Of a stretch of DNA of 64,000 nucleotides, positions 13,649 to 25,868 are shown piece after piece. Under the pieces are notes generated by a model, which saw only the letters and a program-made list of their open reading frames with translations, was not told the DNA's origin and made no database searches. The stretch is from contig NMRA01000016.1 in the NCBI GenBank assembly GCA_002633005.1, positions 1,248,897 to 1,312,896 on the forward strand. Direction: 5' to 3'. Made by a program: the position numbers and the translations under genes. The DNA is from Phoronis australis (Eukaryota > Animalia > Phoronida). The stretch's first letter is position 1. Every line of letters starts with the position of its first letter.

Positions 13649-16600
13649 CTGTAAAAGAGATTACAATGCACTAATTTATTCTACAGTTCTGCCTTAAGTA
13701 AGGGAATTTTGCCTTAAGTAAGGGCTGGGTTTTGTTGTATTCCATGGGGTAGTGTTGACGGTGGAGGGGTGGTGGTGATGGTCATAACTATGTCGGATAT
13801 GATGGGGCTGGTGATCGTTACAATGATACTGGTGATATTGTTGGTGGTGGTGATGATGATGGTGAGTTTGATTAAAGGGTGATGGTAGCAAAAGTGGAAG
13901 TGTTAGTGCATAGAGATGGTGGTTGTGTTTGGGGTGCTGGTGGTTGTGCAGGTGGAGGTGGTGGTGGTGACGGTGCTGATCGTAGTGGCGAGAGCATGTA
14001 TCTAACACAGAGCCTTTATCGCGTCAAATCTGTAGGCCTAATGTGTCATTAAGAATCATTGTGTAGAGGCAATGGTTTAAACCAAGACCGTATAGGTAGT
14101 ATCATACATTAGCAATCATTGAACTTGGGATGAAACTCAAAACGTGAAATCTCATTTTGAGGACACTCTCCAAGTCAATTGTTAAATCATCAGTCAGGTT
14201 ATTGTGAACAATAACAAATTTAGGTACAAGTTACCTCAATGCCTAGGTCAATCTCACGTCAATGTTTTTTGAAATCAAAACTAAAGTAGAACACCTGCAC
14301 AAAAAGATTTTTGGAACAAAAATACTTACATTGATTACCATTTTGGACAGTTACCGTCTTCGGATTCTGGTACACTATAGTGTCAATTGGGCCGCGATTT
14401 GTGCACTCCTGGTCGTTGAAGGTGAAATACCAACGATTACAGCGAACACCGGCTCCTGCCGAACCATACATGCCAAGGACGCCACTCCACGTGACCCGCA
14501 GCCATGAATAAGTGTTCCTCTTGTAGATTGACATGGACTAAAATGTAATAGTTTTGCTTCAAATGAGGTTGCCGAAAAAGAAAGATCGTCGATCTTAAGA
14601 AACAACCTGCCTCGGTTAAAGTTCGTTTTTTATGCAACAGATGAGTTTCACTTACCATCACTGCCCATGCATCATATTCTTAGTGCACGGCGTCATTATC
14701 AACTTTATGTATCGTCGTCAAAACAGAAATGAAATAAAATATTTTCCCTTCAATTAGTAATGAAATACACCTTATCTCTTCCTGTTGGAATATAGTAAAC
14801 CATTTTTCTTTGTTCTGCCATGTGCCGGCACAAAGCTGTATCTGCATGTACAGTTGGAATACCAGTTTCGTCGAATACAAGTGAACTCATAGACCGAAAA
14901 GAAGAAAGCCACTGACGTAACGGGACTCATGTTTGCCTCGGATTCATGAGGTTTACTACTTTTTCTCGTAGGAATCAATGCTGCCTGGCCTTCTCAAAAA
15001 ATTATTATGTGACAATGACATCAATAAATGGCGTCACGGCTGCAGCGCCTCTTGTACTGCTGTTTCACGTTTTAGCCTGTTACCACATAAGTATCCCGGT
15101 TCATTCAGCAGCGTTTCCCATTTTAAAAGTCACTTGATTAAGCAGTTGTAATTGCTCAGATGTGAAACACATTTTGGTATAATTTGATGGTTCCAGATAT
15201 AACTGAAGATTTCAGGTTACGAGAATACCCGAGGTATCCCGCATGTGCTATTCTATAAGACAAACCTCCGTAACATCTAGGGTATTTTTGTAAATTCAAA
15301 TTTCCTCTAGAAGGTGAACTTGCTTGCACACATGCCCAGTTCAGTCATACGGTCAATCACTCTCCAGTTTGGAAGTAACATGCCTTGCCAAAAGACGGAA
15401 ACCCGCACAGGAGCAATTAACTTTCACATGCGAGAGGGAACTTGAAGGTACAAAAATACCCGAGATGTTCCGAATAAAACTATACTACATGTACATGTAT
15501 ATCCAGTGTGAATGTGTGTGCTGTAAGCGCTGAATGAGCATTGTGATTTTCTTGTGCTATCCATGTGTCTTGTTTCATTGTACAAGAATGGCCAATGCCA
15601 TGACAAGGTTGTTTGGGAGTGCTCTAAAACATCCTCAAACAACGACGCAATTAAGAGAGTCAAATCGGGAAGTTTTAAAGTCAAACACATAAAAGAAAAC
15701 AACGCGACCAAACCAAATCATTGGTAGCCGATCGTGGAACTATTTCCGTGAGAACGATAGCACGCTCACAATTCGCTATTTTAGATCATGTTGTAGCCGC
15801 GCAGCTTTCTGTTTTAAAACACCAGGCGTGCGTTCAGTAACGCTAGGACCTACCCTAGGACTTAACTAAAATCTAGCCAAAGTCACGTGATCTCATTTGA
15901 AATACACGGCAACATCTCACGTAATCTCGCGAAGTCTTGATCTTTAGCGAGGTCCTAGCGTTACTGAACGGGAGGCTGACTTCAGCCAGAGTAGATTCGC
16001 GCGCGGATGAGTCTTATGGGAAGTCATTTAGCGACGTAATAGGATTATGAAATGTGTAAAAGCGCAAAGATACAACCATTGCCACAGGCGTGGGTCGAAT
16101 GCGTCGCGGGTCGAGGGGGTCGTGGGATGTGGGGTCGATGGGTTTTTGAACAAATTTGTTGTTTGTCTTGTGGTACGGAGATTCAAAACTGGAAAAATGG
16201 CTACAGTTTTTCTTCTTACATGCAGGTGTTCAAAGCAGTCCCATCGGCAACTTTTTCTCTTCACGTCGTAGAGTATCCCATTTGATACACGGGGGGTTCG
16301 TATTTATTATATTTCTTTGAAAAAAATACACAAAGTGCCTAGAAGTAAATGTAATATCATTTGTTTATCAAATGATTTTGGCTCGTGTAGGCCAGTATGT
16401 TTCGTATCATGCCGAAATGTTGTAGCTTAAAATCAAAAGTGGGTACCTACAGCAATGACACCATTGTCCACGCCAGACGACCAAGCCCGACTCCAGTAGT
16501 AGTAGTTTCTGTTACTGTAACCACAAAATACAAGTGTTTATTGGATGATTGTAGAAAACTCCGATTCAGAAGGGATGTAGACACTATCTCAAATTGGCAT

Positions 16601-19600
16601 TGTGCTGCTGAACATATTTTCCCCTCATTTGTGTAATTTATTGACAACTTTGTATTAACAATCGTCTGTCTTATCAATCAAAATATGACAACACTGCAGG
16701 ATTCTCGTATTTTTAAAAATTTGACACATTACATAAGAAAAAATATATATAGTATCTGCAAGTCAACTACTTTGTGAGGATTTCGAGACGAGTGTTTATA
16801 AAAACGGACGGTGAATCAGTTGTGTAGCACAAAACAAATCCCGCTTTCCAGTGAAACCATTTATCAAAATTCGATTGCTTTTGATCGATTATTGAAATTA
16901 GCAACTTACCTGAAACGGCCGATCCTATTGTTAAGATCCTGGAATAAATAAAGAGTACTGACTGTCACTATAGATTACAGACAACAGATTCGCAACATTT
17001 TCTTGCGTGCTATCCTAGAGAAGGGGCCATTTTCCTAAAGTACCAATTTCAGTTTCCGGTTACTGTACTGTGACGGGAAATTCTTGGGTCTATTTTACTG
17101 TCCGGTTCTAGGAAAAAAATAATAATTTCTGCATTGAAACGCTGTTCAAAGTCTTCCAGTAATAGAACTGTTGGTATCGTGAATACGTTTGGCACCCGAC
17201 CATACAACAGCCGACCATGATTAGCAGACGACGTTCTTGCCGGATGTAAAACTTGCTAATTTTTCCAAGTGCCGCTAGTGAATAATGACGTCACGGCTTA
17301 TGCGTCGTGTATTGAATATATACGGAGTTGACGGTCCATGTACTATAGCCTATGCTTTCAAAGATAGTTCAACCTTATTGGAGAAGGTCTGAAGACGCAC
17401 TTGAAGATGTGTTCCACAAAAGTAATTTAACCGTTATTTTACTATTCCAAGGCGACTGACATAACAATAAAGGTCCTTTTTAGCGGATACACACACACAC
17501 ACACAAACACACACACACGCGCGCGCACACACACGCACACGCATACATACTTACATACATGCATACATACATACATATAATACTTTGACCCTGACTTATT
17601 ATTGTAAAACCTTTTTTCGTAATAAACATGAAAAAGAATTCTGTAAACTTACGTTCACTCGTTGTTCTAGCTTGTAGATTCTCTCTGAAAAATGGAAATA
17701 AGTAGTTTTATTCATTTTATTTCTAAATATTGTAAAATTCCGTTCATTCATTCTTCCAGCATGTAGATTTCCTCCAAATAATCAGAGACAGAGATAGCCT
17801 TAAAATTTTAGAGTAAACCTCGCTGTTTTCATTTTTGTGCTTCTGTGCACATGCGCCAGCGTTGATTTTGCTGGACAACGTCATGTGGCAGCTGCGATAT
17901 CATGATATCTTCTGGTTCAACAGGATGGTTTCATAAGTTGGAATTTACTAATCGTAAAAGGCAGCCTAGTTCAAAAATTTGTAAATGTATACCAGACTAA
18001 GTAATATGCAACATGGCATAATGTTACCTCCTTTCTGTTATCAAAATAAAAGCCTTTTTGAGGACAATTTCGTACCTAGGCCAAGATCAGAAAATCATCG
18101 ACTATTTCCGTCTAATTCCGTGACCTGAGCTGCTGTGCCTCATCAGCTCAGAAACGATTCCTGAATGGCAGCGGCCATGTCGACCTTGAAAACGTATTGA
18201 TATCCCCGCGGTATGATGGGCCGTTGGGAGGAAAGTGTCGCAGGAAAAACACGAGCGTAATCATGTACATTACGCCGTTATTTACGTCGTTAATTACGCC
18301 GTAAAATTACGAGCGTAATTTTTAAATTACGCTCGTAATTTAGTTTAAACTTTTAGCCAATGACGTTGGGTTTTACAATCCACGGTCGCGCGTTCTCATG
18401 GAAATACTTATGTACTGACGGGTTACATGTCCACGATACGAGCGCTGAATCATGGCGGATCAAATCGCTGCTGCAATGTCAGCGATTGTGCAAGAACGAG
18501 CTGCCTAGCAAGTCGTGTATAGGTCAACACTGATTGGTTTAAATTTGGAACGTTCTTAAAGTATTTTACGAGCGTAATTTACGGCGACATTTCCGCCATT
18601 TAATTTACGAGCGAAATTTTACTGCAGCACTTTTGCAATTTAATTTACGCTCGTTACGAGCGTAGTTTTACGGCGAAACTTTTCCCCGTTTAATTTACGA
18701 GCGACACTTCTGCAATTTAATTTACGCTCGTAATTACGAGCGTAATTTTACGGCGACACTTTCCCCTCAACGGCCCACCATACAGCGAGCGTAAATGCGT
18801 TGTTATTTTGTTTGCTTGATGTTGATTCTCATTTTAGTTCTTAGGAAAAACCTGCTTTAAAACATGACAAAAACTTACAATACATATCTCTGTTGTCTAC
18901 ATATGAAAATCCGTATACGGAGGTGTAGTGAATTGTAGTCAATGAGCTGAATGTCATCGATGGTAAAATATTGCAGTGTTAGGAGCATTGTGCAGTATTT
19001 TTCAATCTGTTCGTTACACGGATTTCACTCATTCAAGGCCCAGACAGCTAATAAATGTGCTCATCTTCCGTCGCGGAACAGATGTCCGCGGGCTCTACTT
19101 ATACGAATGCTTTTGGCTGAGGGGTCATTCCTTTTACGTTAAACTCATTAATACCTATATTATATACCATTTGGCACCATGGCGAGTTTTCTTTCTGAAG
19201 TTATTTTTGTCNAACAGATGTCCGCGCAGGTCAGGCGGTCGGGCTCTGCTTATACGAATGCTTTTGGCTGAGGGGTCATTCCTTTTACGTTAAACTCATT
19301 AATAGCTATATTATATACCATTTGGCACCATGGCGAGTTTTCTTTCTGAAGTTATTTTTGTCGTTCATTCTTGGTCGTCAGCCGCCCGGCTGTAATGGAA
19401 GTCGCGGAAGACCAGCAGTATAGTAAATGTAGTTTCCGTCTAAGCTTTTTTCGATATTTTCACATATTTAATCGTCAGGATATTCTAACTGTAAAGAAGT
19501 TTTATTCAATTATTTTGATATTTCATGTTTGTTGGTATGTCCATACTGTTTGTTTACCAGATTTAATTACACCCAGTAAAACACACTTAGCCTACTAGTC

Positions 19601-20764
19601 TGCCATAGTCGACCTTGTTATTCAATCGCTGCTAGTCCGTAATGTCTGAAACTATCTTTCTATCTTTGAATGTATACAGCATTTATGATTTGAAGCATTC
19701 ATTCGGATAAAGCCGCCTTCGACGGCATGCCTTCGCATTTCGCTTGTCCGCTCTGTCCGCACCGGGTCATGCGCGGTAGATCCGAGTCCGGCAAATAATT
19801 TCTGTTAAAATTTATTTTTTCCTCATTTTGTCAACAATTTCAATAAAAATTATCCCTGTTTTGGTTTTATTAAAGCTAAGGTCCCCTGCCCATTATTTTA
19901 TCCTTGTTTAGAGGTCAGTAACAGACAGTCTCACAGCTGGCGTTCTTACGCATGGGTCCCTGAATGAATTATACTTACGGTATTGCGTTTAGTTCAAAAC
20001 GGCGGTGTGTTATTCGGGTCGGATTCTTGAGCGGCGAGTTTATTCAAACTTTCTTCGACTAGCAATTGTGCATTGGTTATGGAATCGGTACTGCTTGATT
20101 CCATATAACTTTTTCTAACTATTTGATAAGGGTTAAAAACCTGTACTACTAGGACTTCAACGTCTCAACATTTACATCATCGTAAAGTATATAAACGTTG
20201 CAGTTCAACGTGAATGGCATTACCTTTCCGTTTTGACAGCAAATTTAACCTTTATCTTACAAAAACATATACACACTAATTTACATTACACCGGAAGATG
20301 GGTTATTATATCGAGTAAAAAGTTTAATCTCATAGATTTTTAAAATTATCAAATAATAGCCAAGATGTGAAGAAATTCACTGTTCTCACCACACCGCATT
20401 TACTATCTACTTCAGTAAATAGGGTTTGTGTTAATTCACGTTTTCGGCCTAATAAGACACAAATGACGTAATATTTTTATTTCAACTGCTTATTATTCCT
20501 GTCGTAATGAAGCCGGAAGTGAACATTTTCTCAACAGTTATTTTCTGTCGCGTCTAATGGCGGCCATTCACACATGATAAATATCATAAATAATTAAAGA
20601 AGGACATAACTGTTGCTGTAACAGATTTTTTCTTGTATTCAAAATGACATAAATATCAAAAACTAACCTCCAGTTCCGCAACAACAATCGGCGTTGGCGA
20701 ACTTGGAATCCACAATCAGGAGTGCGAGAACTACCGCACTAAGAAGTTTAAACCAACAACCCAT
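13509..20764 (-). CDS. CTHRC1-like: Secreted CTHRC1-C-terminal-domain protein without collagen repeat, paralog A (6 coding exons, 189 aa)
   Basis: Exons 20764-20668, 17684-17653, 16938-16910, 16514-16451, 14537-14330, 13648-13509. All introns are GT-AG, phases 1,0,2,0,1 are consistent, and the 570 nt are open to TAG. Protein: [189 protein letters not shown]. The motifs LRVxxSG, CxRWYFTFNxxEC, PIxxIxY, GLC and IEELP match the CTHRC1 C-terminal domain. Confidence 0.9.
13755..13990. repeat. (GGT/GAT)n low-complexity repeat in intron 5; counterparts at 27895-28200 and 49150-49385
   Basis: Degenerate trinucleotide runs at the same intron position in all paralogs. Confidence 0.85.
14330..14537 (-). 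CDS. Paralog A exon 5 (core of CTHRC1 C-domain)
   Basis: cattttag acceptor, GTAAGT donor; contains LRVTWSG...[13 protein letters not shown]...PIDTIVY (ORF 14259..14534). Confidence 0.92.
15195..15490. mobile_element. Inverted-repeat (MITE/foldback-like) element in intron 4; homolog at ~29365-29690 in B, absent in C
   Basis: aacatctagggtatttttgtaaattcaaatttcctct (~15272) is the inverse of agagggaacttgaaggtacaaaaatacccgagatgtt (~15433). Confidence 0.55.
15823..15978. mobile_element. MITE with 21-bp perfect TIR core, bounded by CAG/CTG (Harbinger-like); partial second copy ~26849-26975
   Basis: cgttcagtaacgctaggacct ... aggtcctagcgttactgaacg; empty site ccaccagacttc in C (~50198). Confidence 0.75.
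16451..16514 (-). CDS. Paralog A exon 4 ([21 protein letters not shown])
   Basis: ttacag acceptor, GTAGGT donor; aligns with the start of the CTHRC1 C-domain (G-x-D-x-G-x-I-A). Confidence 0.85.
16910..16938 (-). CDS. Paralog A exon 3 (29-nt micro-exon, DLNNRIGRF(S))
   Basis: ttattccag acceptor, GTAAGT donor; phase 0 to 2 fits its neighbours. Confidence 0.85.
17489..17578. repeat. (AC)n/(ATAC)n microsatellite, intron 2 of A
   Basis: Direct observation. Confidence 0.9.
17653..17684 (-). CDS. Paralog A exon 2 (32-nt micro-exon, (E)[10 protein letters not shown])
   Basis: tttttcag acceptor, GTAAGT donor; encodes the same peptide in all three paralogs. Confidence 0.85.
18211..18783. mobile_element. 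MITE with ~31-bp TIRs and internal ttacgagcgtaa arrays, nested in an older interspersed repeat
   Basis: gtatgatgggccgttgggaggaaagtgtcgc / gcgacactttcccctcaacggcccaccatac; GCG on both flanks; the uninterrupted host repeat occurs inverted at ~36790-36916. Confidence 0.8.
19077..19362. repeat. ~135/150-bp tandem duplication joined at N (19212), likely an assembly overlap
   Basis: 19077-19211 vs 19213-19362. Confidence 0.8.
20668..20764 (-). CDS. Paralog A exon 1: signal peptide + CCC
   Basis: gccaaaATGG start context; [32 protein letters not shown]; donor GTTAGT. Confidence 0.85.
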
Positions 20765-20804
20765 TTTGGCAAAGGATGATGGAATAATTCGAACAAAACT
20801 ACCA

Positions 20805-21000
20805 CAATCTTTTTATACATTGGCTGTGCATTCCGTGCCCTATAAAATAAATATCATATTGTATGAAATGCGTTGCTCCAATAAAAACTTCTTCAGCTCT
20901 TTGCCGATGTTGATGATTGGTCGATGGTGATTTGCGATATACGCCTCCTTGTTGAAAAGTTGAGTACACCGCTCACCTCATAAGTCACCGCCTCATATGT
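20805..21000 (-). promoter_or_regulatory. Proximal promoter of paralog A (TATA and CCAAT boxes)
   Basis: TATAAAAA on the minus strand at ~20810-20817, about 46 nt upstream of the ATG; CCAAT at 20916-20920; block conserved in B and C. Confidence 0.6.
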
Positions 21001-23099
21001 CACTTGTACTAGTCACATTCATTAACACGAACCTGGTATGCTTGAACAAATCTTACTTTTTCCGCATAAATGTGTTTGCTGCTAAAGCTGCTAGTAATGT
21101 CCTGGTAAAGCACCGCTGTTACTTCTAGACTGTTAATTCTAGGGTTACTACGAGGAGTACGGCACTAAGCAAACTCTTAGACAAAAAATCTAGGTGTCTA
21201 TTTTGCATTCTCATAATCTCACAGTTTTGCAAGAGACAGAAGTTAGCAAAAATGACACCGTTGGTTGCACAGAAGACTCACTTAGCCTTTGGGTTCTCCC
21301 CTGGTGTCCATTTCTTCCCAAGTTCAAATCGACCAATTTCCATTGCAAAAACAGAGAAACACTACTTTTAATTGTCCTGCACCTTGGCGCTTTGTTAACG
21401 CTTTTTATCCACCAATGTACATGTACCACTTTATATTCAGTTTAAACTGTGCTGAAGATTTTATCTTTTAGATACGCAAGATGCTGCCACATTAAGAAAA
21501 ATGCACGTTATCTAATTATTCGTTTTTCGTGACTTTGCTTTCACCTTAACACTCCTTCAGCAGTGAGACTAATAAATCACAAATGTCAACATTAACGGCC
21601 TATCTGAGGTAAACGCTCTGATAACAACACAAATTTTAACAATAAATGATACAGTTTGTGACTATGTCGACGCGCATCAATGCCAATTCGACAGTAAACA
21701 CGTGTCACGTGACTTCAAAAAACAACCTTTTCCTCGCTGGTAATCTTCGTGCTGCTAGGTGGTCGGTAGCCAGCACGCAGGTATCACATAATTTTCCTCG
21801 GGATTTTCTGATTGGCTAATCGAATTCTCAACAGGCAGCGCTTTACGCAGACAAACTGGCATGGCTGATGGACTGAAGCGTAAATGTGGTCTGTTGATGC
21901 TCAGGAAATGTGAATCTTAGAAAATGGTGGTTGCGTCTTTTCGGAGAGCATCTTTCTACTGTCGATGACTTTTGTTTACGATACTGTCCTGTAGTCATAC
22001 AGTATGAATAACACACCGGTTAAATCGGCCAGATATGTGTTTATTGTACATGTACGTGCTTCAAGCACGCGGGTATTAAACATCAATGTAGAAACGAAAT
22101 AGTTGCTGCGACGCCTCTTGCATGACAAGGCTAAAACTCGTTCGCAGTCCGCTAATTTTTACGTTGTTGTAAAGCTATCCAAGGACTGCTGAGGTTACAT
22201 CAACCAATGCTAAAGCGCGTGCCTCTGCGTGATACCTGCATACTGGTTAGGTACGTAGGGAACCAGAGAGGACCTTTTCCAGCGTTTTGTCTAGTAATAT
22301 GAAGTGCCAAACGGTTCTTAAACGAGTATCTTTCTGTGCGTTGAAATATGCTTAGCCAACGCGTAGTTTTGTTTAAACAGCGCGCTGACTGGAATTAGTT
22401 ATTCGTTTAGTATTACCGGTAGTTATGTCCAAGCAAAGACAAGCTTACATTCAGGACATAACTGTAGCATCATTTACGTAGTCACTTGTATTGATAAGAA
22501 CCTGCAACATTCGTGAAAAGTTGCCTTGCACCCATGTAGATTGCACGGGCGTGATTGGGCAATATATAGGCAAGAGTGCGCGCTGATTAAACTACGTTTT
22601 GATTAATCAAAAGTGCGCGTTGAATAAGAGCATAACAATGTCCGTTTAAGACCTAAATTCAGTGCCTTGATTAAGCAAAACCATGCCATGATTAACCACA
22701 TAACCCTTTGGGGATTCATAAATAATATCAAGTGGCAAGATGAGAGATGATTTTGTCACAGCGAAACTCATAACGTGTCACCAAACAGGTGCGGATAATC
22801 GTATCCTAATTATGACAGCATGCCGGGAAGCGGCAGTCATAACGCCTGTAAAACCGCGGTCTTACCGGTGCAAAGTATGCAAATTTTCAGTTTATACATC
22901 GACGTAGAATTCAAAGACCTTTGTCTACTTTGTCCACATACTGGATAAACAGCCGGGAAATCAATACGTTCCTTTCAACCGTTCCTTAAAAAATCCCGGT
23001 TTCAACGTGTTGTTTCAACTGAGAGTTCACTCTCCCTTGAACAGTAGGGGTCACAGTTTGGGAGAGATGGCTCGCCCTAATCATTTTCTGTACCTTCAC

Positions 23100-23762
23100 G
23101 TTTTACTAGCAATGGACTTCCAAGATGCTCTTGTGGCAAAATAAATCAAGTCCTGTCATGGTGAGAAATACAATGGCCAGCTCTAAAACACGGCAAAGTT
23201 CTGACAATTTTTGGTGAACGACTGGGTGCAGACCTCTTCTACAGAGCAGTCGCAGTTTAACGCTCTTGTTGTCGGAGCTAAACCCCATTCTATAAATGGC
23301 TGCGTATTTTAAGATTATATATTTGGCTGGTAAAGTTACGAGCCGTGATTCCAGCTAATGGCTTGCAGACAACGTCAAGAATTAGGGACCTATAATCAAA
23401 TCAAAAAAAAGAAAATAAACAGCAGACTTGTAATTTTGTAGCTCTGTCCTATAATACCCAAATTGCATTCTTCAGTCGAACGTTGTTAATTGTTGTCCCT
23501 TTGTATCGTGTGGAAAATAAACATTATTTTACAAAAAAGCGAGTACATGAAATAGTATCAGAACACCAGTTTTCATCGTAATATCGCTAATATTTTGGGA
23601 ATCATTAGAATCAAATGACACTGCTGTTCCTCTACTATGTTTTGTTCCAAAGCTTGCAAATTTAAGACCATTCAGCTCTTTCTCAAAAACTTTTTCAATG
23701 TTCCCTTGTAATGAACATTGTTGTATCTGTAACGTAATATGAATTTTAATACGTGTTTCCAT
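23100..23762 (-). mobile_element. Ancient L1/Tx1-type LINE endonuclease (APE) fragment; homolog at ~34480-35259
   Basis: EKELNGLKFASFGTKHSRGTAVSF...NVYFP...GFSSDNKSVKL resembles the APE motifs (SHGTxxSRGVAIL, NIYAP, SDH); many stops. Confidence 0.6.
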
Positions 23763-25633
23763 TTGAGTAAGTTAGAGCATCACGAGTATTTTGGCTCAAA
23801 ATAACACTCATTTTGGACTCAAAAGGGTTTATTTAGTGAAGCAGTTTTAAAACGGCATGAAACAACGGGAAAGAAATAATCTTTATGGTGATTATGTAGA
23901 CAATGAACCTCCCTCTTTGCATTTTCAATGGAATTTCCGTTAAGCTTCATTGGAATGCTAAAATTCAGTAAATTTATCCCAGTTTTGTGCATTTCTTGTT
24001 TTTAGCCATTTTGAAGTGCTCTGGGAGCTAGTTTGCGGAGTGCTGTTGATTTCTAATAATATTTTCTATCACTTTGATGTCTTACCAGGAAATAAATAAC
24101 AAATGGGATTTTTGTTTGTTTCCAAGCAACAGCCGATAGATGGTATATAAATACCATGGCGTCTCTGGCAGTCCTTGACTACGGGCATTATGCAGCAGTA
24201 TTTCGTAAACCTTATAAAGGGACTTCATTAACTTTCGCAAACATGTTTCTGTGATGATTTAAATCACTGGACATCAATTTTTAGATAGTTCGACTACTGC
24301 TGGTCGACTGGTGGCAGTTTCTACAACTAGATATCTTGAAATTAGTCCAAAATGTTTCCATCCCGGAAACGGTGGCATATGCATGTTTTCGAATGATTCT
24401 AACCTGTGCTGCACCTCGAGTGATAGTGTCCCAACCCCGTCAGCTGCCAGTGCTGTGCCCTGGTAACATGAACCTTATTACCTGACAATCATCTCTTCTT
24501 ACATAACATATATAATCATTTTCATCTGAGTCTAGTCATTTCTACGTGATGCTAACCGTTTAATTGATTCTACCCAAAACTGATTTTGTGATTCCACCCA
24601 AAACTAATTTTGTAACTTGTTGTCACACTCCCATAAGAGATAAAAATGACAATTCTTTAAAATAGTGGACGCATGGACTTCAAATTTTCATGGTAGCTGA
24701 CAGTTTACATCTAGCAACGAGAACCTGAAGTAAACTCAGTGCAAAATTAATATGTAGGCCAAGGTGATCCCGATAACCTTTCCCGCAATAAGTAACATAG
24801 AATGTACTGTAGCTGTGAGGCAAAAGGATTCGAGTAAGCTTCACACTGTATAATCCAAGTGTAGCCTACTTCTGTTAATCAATTGAGATTCTCCATATTG
24901 TTTTGTTTGATATAACCTGACGCAACCCAACGTGAGTTGTAAGCAATTTTTAAAACTACCCAATAAGTTATGTCTACCTGAGTAAATTCTGGTGGAAACT
25001 CTTGGATTGTACAGAATAATAGGTTAGGATGTGTGTCACTAAATTTTATTGTCAAAACTTGTGAATAATTTTAAGCACTTTTAAACTCGTAACCTATGCA
25101 GCTTAGATGAAAAAGTGAGTCAAAATTTGAAACTCTTGGATTGTACAGAATGGTAGGTAAGAATATGGGTTACTGAATTTTACTGATAGAATATTTGTGA
25201 AAATAATGTTTAAGCACTTTAAATACTTAACCCATGCTGATAACATCGCAAGATGACCATTCCGACCGAAATAAAGTCAAAACAAATTTTGACACAGTGA
25301 TAACATATGAACGCACGGTCGATTTTGATATTTTTTCAGTTTTGTATTTCAGACATCGATACCTTTCCTGTGATTTATGCTTTTGCCTTTAAAGTCAACA
25401 AATAATTCTCGGTTCGTGCGCTTCGTATAGTCTCGCACCGTTAATTCAAAAGATCTGCTTATCAATAAAACTAAATCGCCTTTAAATATTGCACAAATCG
25501 GAATATTCCATTAAAAATCTTACGAAACATTCACATCAATCTTAAAATTGTCTCTAAGAGCGTTTACCGTTTTGTGTATTGGCACTAACAAAACATATCA
25601 TCACTTGCCCCGGCGTCACCTCTGGCTCACGGT

Positions 25634-25652
25634 GAGAGAGAGAGACAGAGGG

Positions 25653-25683
<31 letters not shown>

Positions 25684-25797
25684 GAGAGAGAGAGNNNNNN
25701 NNNNNNNNNNNNNNNNNNNNNNNNNNNNNNNNNNNNNNNNNNNNNNNNNNNNNNNNNNNNNNNNNNNNNNNNNNNNNNNNNNNNNNNNNNNNNNNNN

Positions 25798-25865
<68 letters not shown>
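25634..25865. repeat. (GA)n microsatellite spanning an assembly gap (N 25695-25797)
   Basis: Direct observation. Confidence 0.95.

Positions 25866-25868
<3 letters not shown>

Larger units (their letters stand above)
1..25630. repeat. Segmental-duplication unit A (carries paralog A)
   Basis: Collinear homology blocks with ~39100-58170, e.g. 30-550~39110-39825, 1660-2650~41630-42630, 9720-10290~46960-47555, 12375-13400~47790-48800, 23760-25625~56325-58165. Confidence 0.85.

Noticed and set aside
13390-13671. [13 protein letters not shown]... (and 48848..49087) as a stand-alone gene
   Set aside because: Alternative frame overlapping true exon 6; the conserved CTHRC1 frame is SGLCY...IEELP.
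13694-14008. His-rich/Pro-rich ORFs (also 27984..28259 and 49087..49401)
   Set aside because: Translations of a (GGT/GAT)n intron-5 repeat; the frame is not conserved between paralogs and the gene splices in frame without them.
17690-20660. Hidden collagen (Gly-X-Y) exon in intron 1 or 2
   Set aside because: No Gly-X-Y-coding stretch was noticed in any paralog's introns, and exon phases already join without one (by-eye check only).
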